Shown: piece by piece, positions 40,121-48,600 of the stretch
How the letters are laid out: the number at the start of each line of letters is the position of its first letter
How positions within the stretch are numbered: the first letter of the stretch is position 1
From: Saprospiraceae bacterium
GTDB lineage: Bacteria; Bacteroidota; Bacteroidia; Chitinophagales; Saprospiraceae
Assembly: GCA_965277415.1 (NCBI GenBank)
Contig: CBDICS010000033.1
Coordinates: forward strand, 628 to 64,627
Direction: 5' to 3'
Length of the DNA: 64,000 nucleotides
Program-made: the position numbers and the translations under genes
Notes under the pieces: generated by a model
What the model saw: the letters and a program-made list of their open reading frames with translations, nothing else
The model's database searches: none
Told to the model about the DNA's origin: nothing

Positions 40121-42628
40121 ATGAATAAACAAAGCCAAGCTTCCAACAATAGTCAATTAAGTAGTAAATGGAACTATTTAAAAGGGGAATACCAACAATT
40201 CAAGACAGACTTCCCGAGAATAGCTTTAGGTGTAAAAGTACTTACTGGGGCTTTCCTGGCAGGGGTGATCTTTGTTTTTAGTTTTTTTCTTATGCTTTAT
40301 TTTGGAGCATTTGGTAAGATTCCAACGACTACGGTATTAAAAGATATCCGCAATCATGAAGCTTCTGAAATATATTCATCTGATGGTGTGCTCTTAGGGA
40401 AATATTATGTTGAGAATAGAGCATTAGTCGGATTAGATGAAATATCTCCCGATATAATTAATGCGCTAATCGCAACAGAAGACGCTCGTTTTTTCCAACA
40501 TAATGGTATTGATATCAGGGCCTTTATAAGGGTATTTTTTAAAACAATCCTATTAAGTGATGAGTCTTCAGGAGGAGGTAGTACAATAAGCCAACAGCTC
40601 GCAAAAAATGTGTATAAAAGAAAGCAACATCGTTTTCTCACTATTCCGATCAATAAGATAAAAGAAATGATTATTGCTCGGCGGCTTGAAAAAGTCTATA
40701 CCAAAGAAGAATTAATCAATCTATACTTAAATACAGTTCCTTTTGGCAGTAATATGTTCGGCGTTGAAGTAGCAGCCAATCAGTTATTTAATACGACCGC
40801 TAAAGATATTAAGACTGCAGATGCAGCTGTACTCGTCGGAATGCTGAAAGGAAATACCTACTATAATCCCGTTCGAAATCCTAAGAATGCTACAAAACGC
40901 AGGAATACCGTTTTAGCACAAATGAAAAAATATGGTTATTTGGACGAGATCACTTTTGACTCTTTATACCAGTTACCGCTTGTAGTGGAATACAGCAAAG
41001 AAGGTAGCAACCTCGGTATGGCGACTTATTTTCGAGAAAATTTACGCCAAGATCTAAAAACATTAATCAGTGAATATAAAAAGCCAAATGGAGACCCCTA
41101 CAACATCTATACAGATGGGCTTAAAATTCACACAACGGTTCACTCTAAGATGCAGCAATACGCCGAGGAAGCAGTATCTGAACAGTTGAAATTACTCCAA
41201 AAATCTTTTGACAAACATTGGAAAGGTAAGAAACCTTGGGGAAATGATAAAGTGATTGAAAAGATCATGAAGAAGTCTCAGCGTTACTTATCACTCAAAG
41301 CAAAGGGGCTTGCTGATTCAGCAATTAAAGAAATATTTGATAGGCCAGTTCGAATGACAGTCTACTCTCCCAATGGAGATACCACTAAAGAAATGAGCCC
41401 CCTGGATTCTATCAAATATTATTATGCGATGCTCAATGCTGGCTTTCTCGTCATGGAGCCCAAAACAGGAGCCATTATGGCATGGGTTGGAGGTATCAAT
41501 CATCAATACTTTCAGTATGATCATGTTTATTCTAAACGGCAAGTTGGTTCAACTTTCAAACCCATTGTATATGCAAAGGCGCTTGAGCGAAATATTGATC
41601 CTTGTGATTATGTCAATAATCAATTGACCACTTATGTCGATTATGATGACTGGACACCTCAAAATTCGGATGGAAAATATGGAGGATTCTACTCTATGGA
41701 AGGAGGAATGAGCGGTTCTGTAAACGCTGTTGCGGTCAATCTCATCATGCGTGCAGAAGTAGATTCAGTCATAGATCTTGCGCACAAAATGGGGATCACT
41801 TCCAATATTCCACATGCACCCGCTATTGCTCTTGGTGCCGTTGATGTCTCCCTTTTTGACATGGTTAAAGTTTATGGAACACTGGCTAATCGTGGCCTTC
41901 GTCAGGATCCTTATTATTTGACAAAAATTGAAACCAGTGAGGGCACCTTAGTCGCAGAATTTTACAAACCGATCGAAGAACGGGTACTGGAAAAAGACAA
42001 TGCAGATATCATGATCAAAATGATGCAATCTGTTGTAGATAGTGGCACAGCAAAACGCTTAAGGTATCAATACGGTGTACAAGGCGACATTGCGGGTAAG
42101 ACAGGAACGACCAATTCTCATGCAGACGGATGGTTCATGGGTTTCACACCAAAACTAGTAGCTGGTGCCTGGGTTGGGGGCGAATCACCCCGAGTCCGAT
42201 TTAGAAGTCTAAGCCTTGGTCAGGGTGCCAATACCGCATTGCCTATATGGGGGCGATTTATGAAAAAAGTGCATAAGGATAAATCCTTGAAAAAATATAA
42301 AGGTGGTGTTTTTCCCAGCCCATCACCAGCAGTATTGGAATTATTACAATGTCCGCCTTTTTATGAAGAATTGCCAATTCTCGTAGAAGAGCCTTTTGGG
42401 GAAGAAGATGGATTTAATGCTGCACTAGAAAATATGTTGGATAATATTTTTAATAAAAAAGATAAACGCATCAACGAAAAACCTAAGCCTTCTGGAAACA
42501 CAAGTAGCCATGCTCAAAAGGAATCTGAACGCATCAGAAAACACAATGAAAAATTAAAGAAAAAAAGAGAGCGAAAAAAAAGGCGCAAAGAGGCTTGGGA
42601 TAAATTGACTAAAAAGAGGAAGAATTAG
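40121..42628 (+). CDS. bifunctional class A penicillin-binding protein (PBP1A-type)
   Basis: 835 aa. GT51 motifs ATEDARFFQHNGID and GGSTISQQLAKN. Transpeptidase motifs STFKP and KTGTT. Lys/Arg-rich C-terminal tail. Confidence 0.9.
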   Translation: MNKQSQASNNSQLSSKWNYLKGEYQQFKTDFPRIALGVKVLTGAFLAGVIFVFSFFLMLYFGAFGKIPTTTVLKDIRNHEASEIYSSDGVLLGKYYVENRALVGLDEISPDIINALIATEDARFFQHNGIDIRAFIRVFFKTILLSDESSGGGSTISQQLAKNVYKRKQHRFLTIPINKIKEMIIARRLEKVYTKEELINLYLNTVPFGSNMFGVEVAANQLFNTTAKDIKTADAAVLVGMLKGNTYYNPVRNPKNATKRRNTVLAQMKKYGYLDEITFDSLYQLPLVVEYSKEGSNLGMATYFRENLRQDLKTLISEYKKPNGDPYNIYTDGLKIHTTVHSKMQQYAEEAVSEQLKLLQKSFDKHWKGKKPWGNDKVIEKIMKKSQRYLSLKAKGLADSAIKEIFDRPVRMTVYSPNGDTTKEMSPLDSIKYYYAMLNAGFLVMEPKTGAIMAWVGGINHQYFQYDHVYSKRQVGSTFKPIVYAKALERNIDPCDYVNNQLTTYVDYDDWTPQNSDGKYGGFYSMEGGMSGSVNAVAVNLIMRAEVDSVIDLAHKMGITSNIPHAPAIALGAVDVSLFDMVKVYGTLANRGLRQDPYYLTKIETSEGTLVAEFYKPIEERVLEKDNADIMIKMMQSVVDSGTAKRLRYQYGVQGDIAGKTGTTNSHADGWFMGFTPKLVAGAWVGGESPRVRFRSLSLGQGANTALPIWGRFMKKVHKDKSLKKYKGGVFPSPSPAVLELLQCPPFYEELPILVEEPFGEEDGFNAALENMLDNIFNKKDKRINEKPKPSGNTSSHAQKESERIRKHNEKLKKKRERKKRRKEAWDKLTKKRKN

Positions 42629-43252
42629 GGGCTTAACTACGCTGCCTTTTTCATAACTTTTTCAATAATCATATCCAATAATTTATCAAAAGGAATAATC
42701 TCAATAGAAAAATGCGCTCCCATTCGCATCGGATGACTTCTAAGTAAACCTATATATTTATGAGCTACTCGCTCTAGTGCTGTTGGATTAAAGTTAATTC
42801 TAGAATGCGGTAAATAACAGAGTATTTTTAGAAACCACTTGGCTCGTTTTGTGCTGAAGTCTTCTAAAAATATTTAGCTAATATCTATTTAATACGGAAA
42901 AACACTCTATTTAACAACAAGAACAAGGCTGCTTCTAGTTGGGCTGGTGCAATTATTACTGTTTTAATATTGCTTACTATAATATTCGATCTTTTATACT
43001 GGATAGTCCGTTTGCTTTATGGTGGGTAATTGCTTAAAACAACTGCTCACTATTGAACAACACAGATAAAAAACAGAAGCATAATTCTTTTATACCTACA
43101 TTTTAACATTCTAAACTATATAACAATCAACACTGCAAATAAAAATTAGTGAAAAGAATTTTATAGATATAATGTTGTTAATCAAAAAGTTATGACACAT
43201 GAGTCCAGTAGGCAAAGACATAATCAAGCTCAAAAAAACAATACAAAAACAG

Positions 43253-43280
43253 GGTAAAAAACGGATAGATGTTTTTTACC
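43253..43280 (-). terminator. AT-rich hairpin about 75 nt downstream of the micro-ORF
   Basis: GGTAAAAAAC-ggatagat-GTTTTTTACC: 10-bp perfect stem. Confidence 0.3.
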
Positions 43281-43353
43281 TGAGAATATTTATGCATATC
43301 TTCGAGATGTATCAGTAGCTTTTAATGCTACATTCCGTTCTAAAACACAACAG

Positions 43354-43485
43354 TTAAAAAATGTCTGTATCACCGGTGATGATATAGTCTGTACTGACCG
43401 TTACTGTGTCAGTACCACCCTTGATACTGCATTGTTGCTTTTTATCAAGATTCGATGCTTTTGTCTGTACTTCATGGATTGTCAT
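43354..43485 (-). CDS. 43-aa micro-ORF with double-glycine-type leader motif (candidate secreted peptide precursor)
   Basis: Codon-by-codon own translation: MTIHEVQTKASNLDKKQQCSIKGG TDTVTVSTDYIITGDTDIF. It is the 3' part of track ORF 43354..43623. TACATTTG (a TAnnTTTG -7-type box, reverse complement of 43515..43522) lies 29 nt upstream. Confidence 0.35.
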   Translation of the reverse strand: MTIHEVQTKASNLDKKQQCSIKGGTDTVTVSTDYIITGDTDIF

Positions 43486-43501
43486 GATGTTATATTTTAA
43501 T

Positions 43502-43627
43502 GTGATTAATACTACAAATGTAGTGTATATATCATCTACTACAATCACAAAATAGATACAAATCACAGTACTCTTTGAGTAGAGTTTCGACAAAGCGATT
43601 AGAGACAAATCACTCAATATCAATCAC
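43502..43627. promoter_or_regulatory. divergent promoter region with repeated GTGATT/AATCAC hexamers
   Basis: AATCAC at 43543-48, 43561-66, 43608-13 and 43622-27. GTGATT at 43502-07. The 14-mers TAGATACAAATCAC (43553-66) and TAGAGACAAATCAC (43600-13) differ at 1 position. Confidence 0.3.
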
Positions 43628-43647
43628 TTGAGCAAACTAAGTTATAT

Positions 43648-45150
43648 ATGCGCATACTTTATGAATTAATAGACACTTTGCCAGATAATTTCATCCCTGA
43701 TTTACCTCCGAGACTAACCAAACTCTACCTGTTTGTAAAGAAGAACAAACAACTAAGCGAAAAACAGGCTGCCACTATATACTTAGAAGATAGCAATAAA
43801 ACAAAGTACTTTAATATTCTAAAAAGTGATCTTAAAAAAGCTTTGATTCTTCGTCTCATAGCTACGCCTTCAATATCTACCAACAAGGATAAAGCCTTAA
43901 TAGAAAACTGCTACCGCATTCATGCCAACTATAAGATATTTTTACTAAATAACAAACGAGAGACCGCTATAGAAATGGCCAGAAGCTTATTGCCAAAACT
44001 ACAGAAACTAGAACTCTATGTTCTACTCTATAGTGTAGCTGATGATCTACTCATTCATTATTCTGTGATAGATTTTTCTGTAAAGAGACAAAAAAAATAT
44101 GCTGCCCTTACAAAGCAAGCACTTGTAGACCTTAATGCATACGCTCAAGTTCGAGAGTATTATAGTGGACTTCTATCAATATGTAATGTTCGGGAGAGCT
44201 TTTCCCAAAATATTATAAAAAAATGCATTGAGACAGTTGGTATAGTAGAACCACTCTTGCAAGTCGGGCGGCATAACACAAATCGTTTTATTTATATTAT
44301 TATCATCTGTCGATATACAGTTGTACACGACTACGAAAACATCATCAAGTATTGTGATAAGGCTTTGAATAGTTTCCCAAAAAACCACCCACATATACGA
44401 TCATTGTCCTTCATGTTTCTATTTAATAAAACTTCTGCCCTCGTACCACTTGGTAAACTAGCAGAAGCAAAACAAGTCGCCAGAGATACACTTCGCATAG
44501 TTCCAACAGGGAGTTTCAATTGGCATTTGATTCTTCTTAAGCGAATCGTAGTATGCCTTCATGCAGGAGACTTTCAAGAAGCCTATCAGCTATATAAAGC
44601 ACATGTGAAAAAGAAATGCCCTTACCCTCTCATCACAGAATATTGGAATATAATAAAAGGATATCTATACTTTCTCATTCAAGTAGGACTGATAGAACCT
44701 TATTCTAAAGAACGTTTTTACCTAGGCAAATTTCTAAATGAAATGCCAATTTACTCTAAGGATAAAGCAGGCAACAATATTAACATTTTAATTATCCAAA
44801 TACTGGTGCAAATGCGGCGTGGACAATTTGTAAAGATTATCGACCGCATTGACTCACTCAGAGAATACGCTCGGTTATACACCAGAAATGAAGAGACTAA
44901 ACGAGCGAATATTTTCATAAAGATGATTATAAAAATGGAAGCAGCACGGTTTCATAGAAAAGGTACTGAAACCAAAACCAAAACATTATTACAAAAACTA
45001 AAAACAACACCTCTTCATATGAGACAAAACCTTGCTATAGAGGTTATTCCGTATGTTGTTTTGTGGGAAGAAGTTCTCTTAATACTTGACAACAAATTTA
45101 GAACGACCGTAGTGAGACAAGTACAAACAAATACACCAAAGAAAAAATAG
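43648..45150 (+). CDS. orphan all-helical TPR-like repeat protein
   Basis: 500 aa with no TM helix or signal peptide. TPR-like stretches include GKLAEAKQVARDTLRI and GDFQEAYQLYKAH. No catalytic motif recognised. Confidence 0.7.
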   Translation: MRILYELIDTLPDNFIPDLPPRLTKLYLFVKKNKQLSEKQAATIYLEDSNKTKYFNILKSDLKKALILRLIATPSISTNKDKALIENCYRIHANYKIFLLNNKRETAIEMARSLLPKLQKLELYVLLYSVADDLLIHYSVIDFSVKRQKKYAALTKQALVDLNAYAQVREYYSGLLSICNVRESFSQNIIKKCIETVGIVEPLLQVGRHNTNRFIYIIIICRYTVVHDYENIIKYCDKALNSFPKNHPHIRSLSFMFLFNKTSALVPLGKLAEAKQVARDTLRIVPTGSFNWHLILLKRIVVCLHAGDFQEAYQLYKAHVKKKCPYPLITEYWNIIKGYLYFLIQVGLIEPYSKERFYLGKFLNEMPIYSKDKAGNNINILIIQILVQMRRGQFVKIIDRIDSLREYARLYTRNEETKRANIFIKMIIKMEAARFHRKGTETKTKTLLQKLKTTPLHMRQNLAIEVIPYVVLWEEVLLILDNKFRTTVVRQVQTNTPKKK

Positions 45151-45192
45151 TTATCACTAGTAAACAATAACAAGAGAGGGGTTTTTAAAGGT

Positions 45193-45240
45193 GCAGCCTG
45201 CTACAGCGAGAAGGGCGTACGACTTCTCGTGGCGGGTTGC
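45193..45240 (+). terminator. long GC-rich hairpin 43 nt after the 500-aa gene stop
   Basis: GCAGCCTGC..CGAGAAG-ggcgtacga-CTTCTCG..GCGGGTTGC. The inner 7-bp stem is perfect and the outer 9 bp pair with G-U wobbles. About 65% GC in an AT-rich context. No strong T-run. Confidence 0.4.
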
Positions 45241-45649
45241 TAATATTAGTAAAATTTAAATATTTATAAAACATGTTAAAACAAAAGGCGATGAAACTTT
45301 TGTGCTGCATAAAGCATTATAAAAGGTAGGAATATGTGTTTCTCTAATTCACATATTTATTTTCATTTCTAACTGCCCTCGCAAGTACTTTATAACAGCC
45401 GAAAACAGAGAGAGATTATTTTTTGCCCTATGCAAAAGCATGGGGGTGGATGTATTTTTTCACCTATACAATATACTGCAATGACTTCACGACCATGCAT
45501 TGCAGCAGGGTTTGTTATGCCCTTGCTGTTCTATCAATATCTATGAACGATCTATTCTTACTAAAAACTGCTTCCTGGTAATTAGCCAGCGATTGGAGTA
45601 ATCTCTAATTCGTATCAACAATATTTTAAGAAAACTTAAACCGAATATT

Positions 45650-48600
45650 ATGTATCAACACCATATAAAATCTATTAAGACGAGCTATATGCTTTTCTTT
45701 CTATTTCTCTTCTTTTTTCCTTGTCTTTCATATGCGAATAACACTTCATCTACTCCCCCTCTATATCAAGCAGGGAAAATATATCTAAAAATAAAAGATA
45801 ATTCCTCTGTTGAATTAGGACTTCCGAATAGTAATTCAAATCCAGCTAAAATAGAAACCTTATTCCTTCAATATGGCGTCACAAAAATAATTAAGCCATT
45901 TAAAGTATATGCAAAACCAAAGTTTGATAGAATTTACCGAATCACTTTTGATGAACAAAATCTGGTAGAAGATTTCATTCGTGGTTTGGAAAATATTGCC
46001 TATATCCAGTATGCCGAAAAAGTACCTCATTATGTTGCTCATGAACTTGTTCCAGATGATCCTTCTGCCCAAAATGGAGAATCGTACCAGTTGGAACTGA
46101 TCAATGCTTATGATGCTTTTGAATTATATCCAGGTGATCCAACAGATAATTCTGCAGGTTCGCTGATTGCGATAGTCGATAATGCAGTCTTGGTAACGCA
46201 TGAAGACTTGGCAGAAAACTATATTATCGGAAGAGATGTAGCAGATAATGATGATGATCCTAATCCACCAACCAATCATGGTCTTTTTGGTCATGGTACA
46301 AGAGTCGCAGGAATTGCTTGTGCGAGAACCAACAATGGAATAGGAGTTGCTTCTATCGGGTGGAACAATCAATTAATGGCCATAAAGAGCGCTGCAGACA
46401 TTGGCTCAAACAATGGGGAAAGCTATTATGATGAAGCTATTGATGGAGTCGCTTGGGCTGCAGCTAATGGTGCGGAAGTTATTAATATGTCTTGGGGTGG
46501 AGGTGCTCCTTCAGAATCTGATTATAATGTTTTGGTCGAAGCCAGAGATTTAGGAAGTATTCTGGTATCCAGTGCTGGAAATACCAGCAATTCTCTTCCC
46601 AATTTTCCAGGCTCTTACGGAGAGGGCGAAACAGGAGAGGTTTGGGAGATTTTTGACAAACATTTAGTAATAGCTGTTGCTGCAATAGACCCTAATGGCG
46701 ATCGATCTTGGTTCTCTTCTTTTGGATCATGGGTAGATGTAGCAGCGTATGGATCAAATATTTATACCTGTTCCAGCCAAGATAATGTTAGTTATATTGA
46801 TAATCGTATCGGTACTTCTTATGCCGCTCCACTTGTTTCCGGACTCTTAGGCATGATGAAGTCCTATGCCCCGAATGCCACTAACGAAGATCTGATTAAT
46901 TGCTTACTCTACTCTGCCAATTCTGATATTTATAATCCACTAGAGCACCCTGACAATATTTCTGGTTCTTTGGGAAGCGGTAGAATAGATGCTTTGGCAG
47001 CACTATTATGTATTAATCCAAACTGCGATGATCCGCTTGCAGTCATATTCCCTTCCTCTCCAACCATTTGCCCAAACGAGGATATTACCTTATCTTCAAA
47101 TGATGGTATCGGGTATATGTGGTCTACAGGAGAGGCTACACAATCGATCAATATTTCACAGTCTGGAAATTATTCTGTTACTGTTACATTTAATGGAGGT
47201 TGTACTGCTTCAACATCGATTGATATTGATCCAGCATTATCTTCTCCTTTTATTATTATGACAGATTTGTCCGGAAATATAATTGACGAAAACCCTATCT
47301 GTGTCCCAGAAAATGGATTTTCTTATCACCTTTCCGCTTTTTGGGGAAATAGTTATTTATGGAATAATGGCAGTACTATATCGACGTATAATCCCCCAAA
47401 TGGATTTAGTGTCGTAACCAATGCTTTAGCCCCATTTCTATTGGACCGTTCGGTGAATATTTCTGGCGTTGGGGGATGTGACGGCGTGGATGAGGTAGTT
47501 TCTATACAGTATGAGTTTATACCTACCCCAGAAATAGCCTTTACATTTGAAGAAACTTCAGGTTTCGAAAATGATGGCTGGGTCTGTGAAAACGAGAATG
47601 CAAGTGTAATCATTAATGCCGTAACCGAAGAAGCCTATAACCCGACGTATATGTGGAGTACTGGAGAAACCACAAGTTTTATTGCTGTCACACCTTCCGC
47701 CACTACATCGTATTTTGTAACCATCACTAACGAATTTGGGTGTATTAATGAAAAAGAGGTTGAGGTCGAAGTCTTTCCATGTCCTGATAATGCTTGTGCT
47801 TGTACTAGTGGAAATAATGCCTATGATTTTGGAATTGATGATGGGGCAGTACACAATATGTCTGAGTTATCCGGAATTCCTCCCATAGGAATTATAACGA
47901 GTAATTGTATTAGCATCCGTGGAAAGATCCGATTTGATTTAAATCTCAATTTTTTTGAAAATTCAGTTATCTACCTCAATCCCGGAGCAGAGTTAATTGT
48001 TCCAGATGGCGAAGTACTTTCATTTGTAGACTGCACATTGATGGGCTGTGATGCCATGTGGAAGGGAATTACTGTTGAAACAGGAGGGCGATTAAATTTC
48101 AGGAATAATATAATCAGAGATGCACAATATGCCATTACAGCTCATGGGGAATCTACCTTACAAATTTTAGGCAGCACTTTCGACAGAAACTTTGTTGGTA
48201 TATACGTCCCGCCGCCAACGGCAGGTTCTCCTAATATTTTTGTTAATACGATCAATCAAGCAGATTTTGGAAGTGCAACAGCGAATTTTTCTGGTAATCA
48301 ATATCTATGTACTGGTAATCTTAAAGCGCCGTACGCTGGTCAGTTTCCTGAGCCTGGGAATATAACCTATTCAGGGCTATTACTTGCTTATGTCAATTAC
48401 TTTCAAGTCGGTTTTCCGGTTATAGGAGGTTATCGAAAAGCAACTTTTGACGGCCTTAGAAATGGAATCATTGCTTATAATACAGTCTTGGATATAGGTG
48501 GAGATATGCGAAACTTAGTTGGTGAAAATATCGGAGGCAATCCGTTTTTCCCAATTGGAGGAGGCGACTTTTCCCATTCAGGGATTGGCGTTTTTTCAGT

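Noticed and set aside
42637-42873. A 78-codon open frame on the minus strand after PBP1A.
   Set aside because: It has no ATG/GTG/TTG start until the last 30 codons. I did not list it as a gene or pseudogene because I cannot name a homologue. It is kept only as a finding to be checked by blastx.
43190-43297. A 35-codon minus-strand ORF (MHKYSQVKNIYPFFTLFLYCFFELDYVFAYWTHVS) just downstream of the micro-ORF. It could be read as an immunity-type small membrane protein.
   Set aside because: Its Phe/Tyr/Leu richness is what random AT-rich DNA encodes. It spans the AT-rich hairpin at 43253..43280, and no other support is visible.
43354-43623. The full 89-aa version of the minus-strand ORF given in the track.
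   Set aside because: Its first 46 codons (MILSDLSLIALSKLYSKSTVICIYFVIVVDDIYTTF...) run through the AT-rich divergent promoter, which contains the hexamer array and a -7-type box. Only the distal 43 codons look like a designed peptide, so I call the shorter form.
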